Assembly (NCBI GenBank): GCA_046596195.1
Contig: JBKJNA010000233.1
Coordinates: 638 to 64,637, forward strand
DNA length: 64,000 nucleotides
DNA from: Acidimicrobiales bacterium
GTDB lineage: Bacteria > Actinomycetota > Acidimicrobiia > Acidimicrobiales > GCA-2861595
Reading direction: 5' to 3'
Shown here: in pieces, positions 8,702 to 21,163 of the stretch
Layout: each line of letters opens with the position of its first letter
Position numbering within the stretch: position 1 is the stretch's first letter
The notes under the pieces: model-generated
The model's input: only the letters and a program-made list of their open reading frames with translations
Told to the model about the DNA's origin: nothing
The model's database searches: none
Program-made: the position numbers and the translations under genes

Positions 8702-10294
8702 GTGGATATCGACCTGCTGGTGCTGGGCTCGGGGGTGGCCGGTCTTTCGGCCGCCGTGCGGGCGGCGGTGGCCGAGCCCGGCCTGCGGGTGGGCGTGCTC
8801 ACCAAGGCCGAGCTGGCCCAGTCGGCCACCCGGTGGGCACAGGGCGGGGTGGCCGCCGTGCTGGGCGGCGACGAGGACTCCACCGACCTCCACCTGGCCG
8901 ACACCCTGGCCGCCGGCGCCGGCCTCTGCGACGTCGACGCCGTGCGGGTGCTGGTGGACGAGGGTCCCGGCCGGGTCAACGAGCTCATCGCCCTCGGGGC
9001 CGTGTTCGATCGGGACCACAAGGGCGCCCTCCAGCTGGCGCGGGAGGGCGGCCACTCGGTGGCCCGGGTCGTGCATGCCGGCGGGGCCGCAACCGGCGCC
9101 GAGATCGAGCGGGCCCTGGTGGACGCCGTGCGGGAGACCGCCGCCGCCGTCCTGGAACGCTGGTTCGCCCTCGACCTGCTGGTGGAGGGCGGCCGCTGCC
9201 GGGGCGTGGTGGCGCTCGACGAGCACGGCGGGCGCCGGGAGGTGCGGGCCACCCATGTGCTCCTGGCCACCGGGGGAGCGGGCCAGCTCTACTCGGTGAC
9301 CACCAACCCGCTGGAAGCCACCGGCGACGGCCTGGCCATGGCCCTGCGGGCCGGCGTGCCCGTCGCCGACGTCGAGTTCATGCAGTTCCACCCGACCGCC
9401 CTCCACCACCCGGCCATGCCCCGGCCGCTGTTGTCCGAGGCGCTGCGGGGCCATGGCGCCCTCCTGCGCGACGCCGCCGGCGAGCGCTTCGTCGACGAGT
9501 TGCGGCCGCGGGACCAGGTCAGCCGGGCCATGACCGAGCGCCTGCTGGAGCAGGGCGTCGAGCACTTGTGGCTCGACGCCACGGGCCTCGAGCGCTTCGA
9601 CGAGCGCTTCCCCACCATCGCCGCCTCGGTGCGTAAGGCCGGCCTCGACCCCACCACCGACTGGCTGCCGGTGGCGCCGGCCGCCCACTACCTGTCCGGC
9701 GGCGTCCTCACCGACCTCGACGGCGCCACCGCCCTTCCCGGCCTGTGGGCGTGCGGCGAGGTGGCGTGTACCGGCGTTCACGGCGCCAACCGCTTGGCGT
9801 CCAACTCGCTGCTCGAAGGCATGGTCTTCGGGCCCCGGGTGGTCGAGGCGGTGCTGGCCGGCGTCGACGGGCCGACGGCCACCGGTGCCCTGCGCGACGT
9901 GCTCGGCAGCGGGCGCGACGTGCTCGGCAGCGGCGTCCGGCCGGCCCTGTCCCTCGCCGCCGTCGGCACTCCACCCACCGGAGCCCTACCGGCACGGTCC
10001 GGTCCGGCCGACCGGAGGGGTCCGGGGGAGGCTGTCAAGACCCGGACCGTGCTCCAGCACGCCATGACCGAAGGTGCGGGCGTCCTCCGCTCGGCGACCT
10101 CGCTGGCGCAGACGGCGGGGGTGCTCGACGGGCTGGGCGAGGTGTCCGGCGACCCGGAGCTGGCCAACCTCCATGTCGTGGCGCGGGCGCTCGTGCTGGC
10201 CGCATCGGCCCGAGAGGAGTCCCGGGGCTGCCATGGGCGGACCGACTTCCCCGAGCCTCGCCCCGTGCTGGCCCACCGGCTCGTGATCGGATGA
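8702..10294 (+). CDS. nadB: L-aspartate oxidase
   Basis: 530 aa with DLLVLGSGVAGLSAA FAD motif, ...RWAQGGVAA..., HPTAL and ANRLASNSLLEG motifs. Confidence 0.93.
   Translation: MDIDLLVLGSGVAGLSAAVRAAVAEPGLRVGVLTKAELAQSATRWAQGGVAAVLGGDEDSTDLHLADTLAAGAGLCDVDAVRVLVDEGPGRVNELIALGAVFDRDHKGALQLAREGGHSVARVVHAGGAATGAEIERALVDAVRETAAAVLERWFALDLLVEGGRCRGVVALDEHGGRREVRATHVLLATGGAGQLYSVTTNPLEATGDGLAMALRAGVPVADVEFMQFHPTALHHPAMPRPLLSEALRGHGALLRDAAGERFVDELRPRDQVSRAMTERLLEQGVEHLWLDATGLERFDERFPTIAASVRKAGLDPTTDWLPVAPAAHYLSGGVLTDLDGATALPGLWACGEVACTGVHGANRLASNSLLEGMVFGPRVVEAVLAGVDGPTATGALRDVLGSGRDVLGSGVRPALSLAAVGTPPTGALPARSGPADRRGPGEAVKTRTVLQHAMTEGAGVLRSATSLAQTAGVLDGLGEVSGDPELANLHVVARALVLAASAREESRGCHGRTDFPEPRPVLAHRLVIG
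9892..9933 (+). repeat. perfect 21-bp tandem duplication inside nadB (RDVLGSG x2)
   Basis: gcgcgacgtgctcggcagcgg occurs twice back to back (9892-9912 and 9913-9933), in frame. Confidence 0.95.
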
Positions 10295-10310
10295 GCCCCC
10301 TGGCGTTCCA

Positions 10311-10348
10311 GGTACGGAATCTCACGCTGTGGCGTGAGATTCCGTACC
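10311..10348. other. perfect 17-bp stem / 4-nt loop inverted repeat between nadB and nadC
   Basis: GGTACGGAATCTCACGC-tgtg-GCGTGAGATTCCGTACC. It is relatively AT-rich for this genome and has no U-tract after it. Confidence 0.9.
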
Positions 10349-10370
10349 GAGAAAGCCCGGGAGCGGGTCC

Positions 10371-11210
10371 GTGAGCCCGTTCGACCCTCCGATGGCGGCC
10401 GTGCGCGAGGTGGTTGCCCGTGCCCTGGCCGAGGACCTGTTGCCGCTCGGCGACCTCACCGCCGGCCTGGTCGACCCGTCGGCCAAAGGCTCGGGCGCCG
10501 TCGTGGCCCGGACCGCCGGCGTGCTGGCCGGCTCCCTGTGCGTCACGGAGACCTACGCGCAGGTGGATCCGGCGGTGTCGGTGCGCTTCGTGCTGGCCGA
10601 CGGCTCGTCGCTGGCGGCCGGCACCAGGGTGGCGGAGGTCGACGGGTCGCTGGCCTCGCTGCTGTCGGGGGAGCGGACGGCGCTGAACCTGCTGTGCCAC
10701 CTGTCGGGCGTGGCCTCGCTGACCAGGCACTTCGTCGACGCCGTGGGCGCCTCGTCCACCCGGGTGCTGGACACCCGCAAGACGCTGCCTGGCCTCCGCG
10801 CCATCCAGAAGGCGGCCGTGCGGGCGGGCGGGGGCCACAACCACCGGGGGAGCCTGTCGGAGATGGTGCTGGTGAAGGACAACCACCGGGCCGCCCTTGG
10901 CATCGTCGACGCAGTGGCGACGGCCCGTCGGCGCTGGCCCTTCCGGGCCGTCGAGGTGGAGTGCGACACGGTCGAGCAGGTGGAGGAGGCCGTCGTCGCC
11001 GGCGCCGCCGCAGTGCTGCTCGACAACATGAGCCCGGCCGAGGTCCGCCGGTGCGTCGACCTGGTGGCGGGCCGGGCCCTCACCGAGGCGTCGGGGGGCA
11101 TGACGCTCCGCACCGTCGCCGCCTATGCAGCGACCGGCGTCGACTTCGTGTCGGTGGGCGCGCTCACCATGTCGGCCCCCTCCCTCGACCTCGGCCTCGA
11201 CCTCGCCTGA
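10371..11210 (+). CDS. nadC: nicotinate-nucleotide diphosphorylase (carboxylating)
   Basis: 279 aa with ALAEDLLPLGDLT, ERTALNLL, DTRKT.PGLR and VKDNH motifs. Confidence 0.93.
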   Translation: MSPFDPPMAAVREVVARALAEDLLPLGDLTAGLVDPSAKGSGAVVARTAGVLAGSLCVTETYAQVDPAVSVRFVLADGSSLAAGTRVAEVDGSLASLLSGERTALNLLCHLSGVASLTRHFVDAVGASSTRVLDTRKTLPGLRAIQKAAVRAGGGHNHRGSLSEMVLVKDNHRAALGIVDAVATARRRWPFRAVEVECDTVEQVEEAVVAGAAAVLLDNMSPAEVRRCVDLVAGRALTEASGGMTLRTVAAYAATGVDFVSVGALTMSAPSLDLGLDLA

Positions 11211-11982
11211 TGCTGCTCACCATCGACACCGGCAACACCCAGACGGTCCTCGGCCTGTTCGACGGCGCCGAACTGGTGTCGAGCTGGCGCATCGCCACCA
11301 ATGCCGAGCGGACCTCCGACGAGCACGCCCTGGTGGTGAACCAGCTGCTCGACCTGGAGGGCTACCCGCCCGACGACGTCGTCACCGGCATCGCCATCGC
11401 CTCCACCGTCCCCGCCCTCACCGCCACCCTTCGCGCCATGACGGCCCGCTGGTTCGACGTGCCCACCGTCGTGCTGGAGCCGGGCGTGAAGTCCGGGGCA
11501 GCCATCCTGGCAGACAACCCCAAGGAGGTCGGCGCCGACCGGGTGGCCAACACGGTCGCCGTGCACACCCTTTTCGGCGGGCCGGCGGTGGTGGTCGACT
11601 TCGGCACGTCCACCAACTTCGACGCCGTGTCGGCCAAGGGCGAGTACCTGGGCGGCGCCATCGTCCCCGGCATCGAGATCAGCCTCGACGCCCTGTTCGG
11701 GCGGGCCGCCGCCCTGCGCCGGGTTGAGCTGGTGAGCCCCGCAACGTCATCGGCAAGACCACGGTGGAGTGCATCCAGTCGGGCGCCCTCTACGGCTACA
11801 CCGACCTGGTGGACGGCATGTGCCGGCGCATGCGGGCCGAGCTGGGCGGGGCCACGGTGGTGGCCACCGGCGGGCTGAGTGGACTCATCAGCCCCCTGTC
11901 CGACACGATCGACCACCACGAGCCCTGGCTGACCCTGCACGGGCTGCGGCTCGTCTTCGAGCGCAACACGACCGAGAAGTAG
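11210..11982 (+). pseudogene. coaX: type III pantothenate kinase, frameshifted as sequenced (about nt 11740)
   Basis: MLLTIDTGNTQTVLGLF...VVDFGTSTNFDAVS...LRRVELVSP is in frame 2. The continuation RNVIGKTTVECIQSGALYGYTDLVDG...TGGL is in frame 1. The shift sits at a C-run (agcccc/gcaac). The ATG overlaps the nadC stop (TGATG). Confidence 0.9.
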
Positions 11983-11989
11983 GCCCCCT

Positions 11990-13399
11990 GTGTCCCCAGC
12001 CGACGTCCCCTACCGCTACGACCGCGACCGCACCGCCGCGTCCTTGCACGCCGAGTTCGACGGGCTGGAGCCGGGCGCCGAGACGGGCGTCACCGTGTCG
12101 GTGGCGGGCCGGCTCATGCTGCGCCGGGACCAGGGCAAGGTGGCCTTCGGCACCCTCCAGGACTCGAGCGGACGCGTCCAGCTGTTCGCCCGGGCCAACG
12201 CCACGCCGTCGTACGACGGCTTCTGCGCCCTGTCGCTCGGCGACTGGATCGGTGTGAAGGGCCAGGTCGTGAAGACCCGCAAGGGCGAGCTGAGCGTCAC
12301 CGTCGACGAGTGGACGGTGCTGGCCGAGGCCCGCCGCTCCTTCCCCGACAAGTGGCACGGCATCACCGACACCGACACCCGCTACCGCCAGCGGTATGTC
12401 GACCTGTGGGTCACCGACGAGGCCCGCGCCGCCCTCCAGCTGCGCAGCCGGGCCGTGAGCCTGTTGCGCCGCTTCCTGGAGGACCGGGGCTTCATCGAGG
12501 TGGAGACGCCGATCTTCCACCCGATCCCGGGTGGGGCCACGGCCAAGCCGTTCGTCTCCCACCACAACGCCCTCGACATGGACCTCTACCTGCGGGTCGC
12601 CACCGAGCTGTACCTGAAGCGGCTGGTGGTGGGTGGCTTCGAGAAGGTGTTCGAGGTGGGCCGCACGTTCCGCAACGAGGGCCTGTCGCCCCGCCACAAC
12701 CCCGAGTTCACCATGCTGGAGCTGTACGAGGCCTACGCCGACTACGGCGACATGATGCGCATCACCGAGGAGCTGGTGGCCCACCTTGCCACCGAGGTGC
12801 GCGGCACCACCAGGCTCACCTACGGCGGGCGCGAGCTCGACCTCACGCCGCCGTGGCGGCGCGCCACCCTCACCGAGCTGGTGGAGGAGCACGCCGGCGT
12901 GCACATCGACATCGATACGCCGATCGACGACCTACGCGCCATCGCCTCCGCCTCGGGCGTGGAGGTGGACGAGGCCTGGGGCCCCGGGAAGCTGGTGCTG
13001 GAGGTCTACGAGAAGACCACCGAGTCCGAGCTCTGGGGCCCGGTCTTCGTGTGCGACTACCCCAAGGAGGTCTCTCCCCTCGCACGGGCCCACCGGACCG
13101 AGCCCGGCCTGGCCGAGCGCTTCGAGGCCATCGTCGCCGGCCGGGAGCTGGCCAACGCTTTCAGCGAGCTGGTCGACCCCGACGACCAGCGGGCCCGCTT
13201 CGAGGACCAGGCCCGGGCCAAGGCTGCGGGCGACGACGAGGCCATGGAGCTCGACGAGGACTTCCTCCGCGCCCTCGAGTACGGCATGCCTCCAACCGGT
13301 GGCCTCGGCATCGGCATCGACCGCCTGGTCATGCTCCTCGCCGACGCCCACCACATCCGCGACGTCCTCTTGTTCCCGACCCTCAGACCGGAGCAGTAG
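11990..13399 (+). CDS. lysS: lysine--tRNA ligase (class II)
   Basis: 469 aa with an OB-fold N-terminus, and FIEVETPIF, FRNEG.S.RHNPEFTMLE and GLGIGIDRLVMLL motifs. Confidence 0.95.
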   Translation: MSPADVPYRYDRDRTAASLHAEFDGLEPGAETGVTVSVAGRLMLRRDQGKVAFGTLQDSSGRVQLFARANATPSYDGFCALSLGDWIGVKGQVVKTRKGELSVTVDEWTVLAEARRSFPDKWHGITDTDTRYRQRYVDLWVTDEARAALQLRSRAVSLLRRFLEDRGFIEVETPIFHPIPGGATAKPFVSHHNALDMDLYLRVATELYLKRLVVGGFEKVFEVGRTFRNEGLSPRHNPEFTMLELYEAYADYGDMMRITEELVAHLATEVRGTTRLTYGGRELDLTPPWRRATLTELVEEHAGVHIDIDTPIDDLRAIASASGVEVDEAWGPGKLVLEVYEKTTESELWGPVFVCDYPKEVSPLARAHRTEPGLAERFEAIVAGRELANAFSELVDPDDQRARFEDQARAKAAGDDEAMELDEDFLRALEYGMPPTGGLGIGIDRLVMLLADAHHIRDVLLFPTLRPEQ

Positions 13400-13460
13400 C
13401 AGTTCTCGTCGGTGAAGCGGCGCGAAATTCGCACCGTTCTGCCGACAAGAACGGCTGGCC

Positions 13461-14438
13461 TTATCCCGTGACGTCCTCCAGCAGCTTGTGGCCGAGTTGG
13501 GCCATGGCGCTGGTGACGGGGCCGGGGGGGAATACGGCGGCGGCCGAGGCCGCCTGGTCGGCGTAGCTGCGGCCGACGCGGCAGGCGGCGGCGATGCCCT
13601 CGCTTGACTTGACGATGTCGCGGGCCTTGTCCCGCTCGGGGCTGTCGAGGGGCTTGCCGAGCAGGGCCCGCAGCTCGCCGCCCGCCTCCGTCTCGGCCAG
13701 GGCCACGATTACCGGCAGGGTGTAGGTGCCCTGCACCAGGTCCTGGCCGGCCGCCTTGCCGAGCGACTCGTCGGTGCCGACCACGTCGAGGATGTCGTCG
13801 CGGATCTGGAACACCATGCCGAAGGCGAGGCCGTAGGCGGTGAGGGCGTCGATGGCGGGGCGGTCGAGGCCCGCGGTGATGCCGCCGATGCGGCACGACG
13901 CCGACATGAGCGACGCCGTCTTGCCGGCGATGGAGGAGAGGTAGGCCTGCTCGGTGCGGGCCACGTCGAAGGCGGTGCGCAGCTCGCCCACCTGGCCCTC
14001 GCAGAGGCGCCCGATGGTGGCGGCCAACAGGCCGGCCACCTCGTTGCCCAGCGAGGCGGCGATCTCCGACGCCCGGGCCAGGAGGAAGTCGCCGGCCAGG
14101 ATGGCGACCAGGTTCCCCCACCGGGAGTTCACCGTCTCCACGCCGCGCCGACTGGTTCCCTCGTCCATCACGTCGTCGTGGTAGAGCGACCCGAGATGCA
14201 CCAGTTCGACCGAGACGCCCCCCTGGATCACGTCGGGCGTGGCCTCGACACCGCCGGCCGCCGCCGCCATGAGGGCGAGGGCGGGCCGCAACCGCTTGCC
14301 GCCGGCGGTGATGAGGTGACCGGCCACCTGGGAGAGGAACGGGTCGTCCGCCACCACCGAGCCGTGGAGCGCCTCCTCCAGCCCGGCGAGGTCGTCCCCC
14401 AGCCGGGGAAGGTTCAGCAGCTCGGCGATGTTGACCAT
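13461..14438 (-). CDS. polyprenyl diphosphate synthase (trans-isoprenyl, GGPP/heptaprenyl type)
   Basis: 325 aa with a first Asp-rich motif LYHDDVMDE and a second FQIRDDILD. Confidence 0.88.
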   Translation of the reverse strand: MVNIAELLNLPRLGDDLAGLEEALHGSVVADDPFLSQVAGHLITAGGKRLRPALALMAAAAGGVEATPDVIQGGVSVELVHLGSLYHDDVMDEGTSRRGVETVNSRWGNLVAILAGDFLLARASEIAASLGNEVAGLLAATIGRLCEGQVGELRTAFDVARTEQAYLSSIAGKTASLMSASCRIGGITAGLDRPAIDALTAYGLAFGMVFQIRDDILDVVGTDESLGKAAGQDLVQGTYTLPVIVALAETEAGGELRALLGKPLDSPERDKARDIVKSSEGIAAACRVGRSYADQAASAAAVFPPGPVTSAMAQLGHKLLEDVTG

Positions 14439-14564
14439 CGACTAAGACCGTACGCCACGTCGCCGATCAACAGACAACCGACGACGAGGGTCCGATCGCT
14501 CACAATCCGAAGCCCTGGGTAGACTTACAACCCGGACCACTCACTCCACCTAGGAGGCGGTCAC

Positions 14565-17063
<2,499 letters not shown>

Positions 17064-17085
17064 GCGCCGACCGCACCGAGTAGGT

Positions 17086-17119
17086 GAAGAAGCCCCCGCC
17101 GAGAGGCGGGGGCTTCTTC
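17086..17119. terminator. bidirectional stem-loop between clpC1 (+) and protease gene (-)
   Basis: GAAGAAGCCCCCGCC-gaga-GGCGGGGGCTTCTTC: a 15-bp perfect stem flanked by A/T-containing arms. Confidence 0.8.
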
Positions 17120-17139
17120 GTACCTGTGGTCGGGTGGGG

Positions 17140-18531
<1,392 letters not shown>

Positions 18532-18716
18532 GTTCTGTCCCTTCGGTGTCGGCGCCGACCGGCGCCCCTTCCTGTCGAGCCGTTCGTCGCTCGTTCCGTA
18601 CACCCAACCATCGGCCATGACTGGCACCGTTGGGAGCCTGCGAACTGCGCTTTGTCCCACGGCGGAGAGCCCACCCACCACAAGTAGACGCTTCAGGGCT
18701 GAGTTCCAAGGGGCAG

Positions 18717-19568
18717 ATGGCCCGTCCTGGAGCGCGCCACGGAGCAGCCGGCGGGGTGGCCTACCCTTCGTCGGTGGGCGACGTTCTCGGTCGCCGCCGT
18801 CGGGCGGCAGGGCGGTCCCGCTCCCTCCGGGTGCTGCCGGCGGTACTGCTGATGGTCCTCCTCACCGGTTGCCGGGCCGATCTGTCCGTCGAGATCGAGG
18901 CCACCGCCCGAGGCGCCGGGCACGTCCGGGCCACGGTCACCCTGGACAAGGAGGCAGCCGCCCAGGTGCCCGACTTGGCCCAGCAGTTGCGGGTGGACGA
19001 CCTGGAGGCGGCGGGCTGGACGGTGGACGGCCCGTCGCCGGCGAAAGGGCGGGTGGGCGGGCTCACCCTCCGAGTGTCCAAGCCCTTCACCACGACCGAA
19101 GGGGCGGTGCTGGCCATCGAGGAGCTGAGCGGCGCCGGTGGACCCTTCTCGACGCTGCGCTTCACCCGGGAGCGGGGGTTCTGGAAGACGAAGACGTCGC
19201 TCACCGGCACGGTCGATCTCACCGCCGGCCTCGGGGCGTTCGGCGACGCCGCCCTAACCGAGACGCTGGGGGCGCCCAACCTGGGGCTCGACCCGGCGGC
19301 GGTGGAGCGGGAGTTGGGCAAGCCCCTGGCCGAGGCCGTCCACGTCGAGCTGATCGGGCGGCTGCCGGGCACGGTCACGTCGAACGCACCGTCATCTCGG
19401 GACGGTGCCGGCGTGTGGCCCGTCGTCCTCGGCGCCACCTCGGCCGTGACGGCCTCGTCGGAGGCGTGGAACGTGCTCACGCTGGCCTTCACCGGGCTGG
19501 CGGCGGTGAGCGGGCTCGCCCTTCTTGTCGTCCTTGTCAGGCGTAGCCGATTCTTTTCGTGGATGTGA
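18717..19568 (+). CDS. hypothetical lipoprotein with C-terminal TM anchor
   Basis: Lipobox LLTGC after an Arg-rich n-region, plus a C-terminal hydrophobic helix LAFTGLAAVSGLALLVVLV. No recognisable family, and the start is ambiguous. Confidence 0.55.
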   Translation: MARPGARHGAAGGVAYPSSVGDVLGRRRRAAGRSRSLRVLPAVLLMVLLTGCRADLSVEIEATARGAGHVRATVTLDKEAAAQVPDLAQQLRVDDLEAAGWTVDGPSPAKGRVGGLTLRVSKPFTTTEGAVLAIEELSGAGGPFSTLRFTRERGFWKTKTSLTGTVDLTAGLGAFGDAALTETLGAPNLGLDPAAVERELGKPLAEAVHVELIGRLPGTVTSNAPSSRDGAGVWPVVLGATSAVTASSEAWNVLTLAFTGLAAVSGLALLVVLVRRSRFFSWM

Positions 19569-19628
19569 CCGAAGGCCCTGGTGCCGCCTGTCGGTGCCGG
19601 CGGTGGACGGCGGCGCCGCAATTCGAAA

Positions 19629-19661
19629 GCGATCGGTCTCCGGAATCCGGATACAGATCGC
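19629..19661. other. imperfect 16-bp inverted repeat centred on CCGGAATCCGG
   Basis: GCGATCGGTCTCCGGA-a-TCCGGATACAGATCGC (14/16 pairing). It lies 60 nt after the lipoprotein stop and upstream of radA. Confidence 0.7.
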
Positions 19662-19740
19662 TTGGGAACGCCCAACGGCGACTGCCCCCAGCGCCACCTC
19701 CTCGACTCTTCCTTGCCTCTTTCCCCGGCGGCGGCGGCCG

Positions 19741-19763
19741 TTGTCGCACCGGTTCTCTAGCCT
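19741..19763 (+). promoter_or_regulatory. candidate RecA-independent DNA-damage promoter (RecA-NDp-like) for leaderless radA
   Basis: TTGTCGcac-N8-TAGCCT, compared with the remembered motif tTGTCRgtg-N8-TAnnnT. The -10 ends 8 nt before the radA ATG. Confidence 0.45.
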
Positions 19764-19771
19764 GGCGCTCC

Positions 19772-21154
19772 ATGGCCCGGGTCCGGACAGTGCACCGGTG
19801 TCGGGAGTGCGGGGCGGGGGCGGCGCAGTGGAGCGGGCGGTGCCCGGGGTGCGGTGAGTGGAACACCCTCGTGGAGGAGATCGAGGGCCCCACGGCGGCC
19901 CGGCGGGCGACGACCTCGCCGGCCGGCGCGGCGATGGACGACCGGCCGGTCATGGTGGCCGACGTGGAGATGGCGGAGTGGCGGACCCGGCCCACCGGCA
20001 TCGGTGAGCTCGACCGGGTGCTGGGTGGCGGGCTGGTGCCGGGGTCGGCCACGTTGGTGGGGGGCGAGCCGGGGATCGGGAAGTCGACCCTGCTGCTCCA
20101 GGCGGCGGCGGCCATGGCAGCCGGCGGGGCCCGGTGCCTGCTGGTGTCGGCCGAGGAGTCCAAGCAGCAGGTGCGGCTGCGGGCCGAGCGCCTGGGCGCA
20201 CTGGAGGCCGGCCTGTGGCTGGTGTCGCAGACGTCGCTCGGCGGGATCGTGGCGGCGGTGGACGAGGTGAAACCCGACGTCCTGATCGTCGACTCGATCC
20301 AGACCGTGTTCGACCCCGAGATCGGCTCGGCGCCCGGCTCGGTCGTGCAGGTGCGCGAGTGTGCCCACCAGCTGGTCGGGCTGGCCAAGCAACGCGGCCT
20401 CGCCACCATCCTGGTCGGCCACGTCACCAAGGACGGCAGCCTCGCCGGGCCCCGGGTGCTCGAGCACGTGGTCGACACCGTGCTGTCCTTCGAGGGCGAG
20501 CGCCACCATTCCCTGCGTCTCCTGCGGGCGGCCAAGCACCGCTTCGGCCCCACCGGCGAGCTCGGCCTGTTCGAGATGGCGGGCGCCGGCTTGGTGGGCG
20601 TCCCCGATCCGGGCGCCCTCTTCCTGGGCGACCGGCGGCCGGGCGTGCCGGGGTCGGTCGTCGTGCCGGCCATGGAGGGCCAGCGCCCGCTGCTGGTGGA
20701 GGTGCAGGCGCTGGTGACCAGGAACGAGGCGCCCAACCCCCGCCGGTCGGCCCAGGGCCTCGACGCCGGCCGGGTGTCGCTCGTGCTGGCCGTACTGGGG
20801 GAGCGGGCCGGCGTCCAGCTGAGCAGGTATGACGTCTACGCGTCGACCGTGGGCGGCGTGCGGATCATGGAGCCGGCCGCCGACCTGGCCGTGGCGCTGG
20901 CCCTCGCCTCGGCCGCCACCGGTCGGCCCCTGCCGTCCGACCTGGTGGCGTGCGGGGAAGTCGGCCTGGCCGGCGAGCTGCGCCGGGTCGGGCACGCCGA
21001 GCGGCGCCTGTCGGAGGCGGCGCGCCTCGGGTTCCGTCGGGCCGTCGTGGCCGCCTCCGCCCCCGACGGCCCCGCCGGGCTGGAGGTGGTCAGGCTGGCG
21101 TCCCTCGACGAGGCGCTCAGGCTGCTCGGTCTCACGGGGTCCTCACAGAAGTAG
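19772..21154 (+). CDS. radA: DNA repair protein RadA
   Basis: MARVRTVHRCRECGAGAAQWSGRCPGCGEWNTL zinc finger, GEPGIGKSTLLLQ Walker A, KNRFG-like AKHRFG, and a Lon-like C-terminus. Confidence 0.95.
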   Translation: MARVRTVHRCRECGAGAAQWSGRCPGCGEWNTLVEEIEGPTAARRATTSPAGAAMDDRPVMVADVEMAEWRTRPTGIGELDRVLGGGLVPGSATLVGGEPGIGKSTLLLQAAAAMAAGGARCLLVSAEESKQQVRLRAERLGALEAGLWLVSQTSLGGIVAAVDEVKPDVLIVDSIQTVFDPEIGSAPGSVVQVRECAHQLVGLAKQRGLATILVGHVTKDGSLAGPRVLEHVVDTVLSFEGERHHSLRLLRAAKHRFGPTGELGLFEMAGAGLVGVPDPGALFLGDRRPGVPGSVVVPAMEGQRPLLVEVQALVTRNEAPNPRRSAQGLDAGRVSLVLAVLGERAGVQLSRYDVYASTVGGVRIMEPAADLAVALALASAATGRPLPSDLVACGEVGLAGELRRVGHAERRLSEAARLGFRRAVVAASAPDGPAGLEVVRLASLDEALRLLGLTGSSQK

Positions 21155-21163
21155 AATCTGGTC

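Noticed and set aside
13400-13460. Bidirectional terminator between convergent lysS and the polyprenyl synthase gene
   Set aside because: Only an imperfect long-range pairing (GTTCTCGTCGG ... CCGACAAGAAC) with a 29-nt loop was found, and no U-tract. Not convincing enough to annotate.
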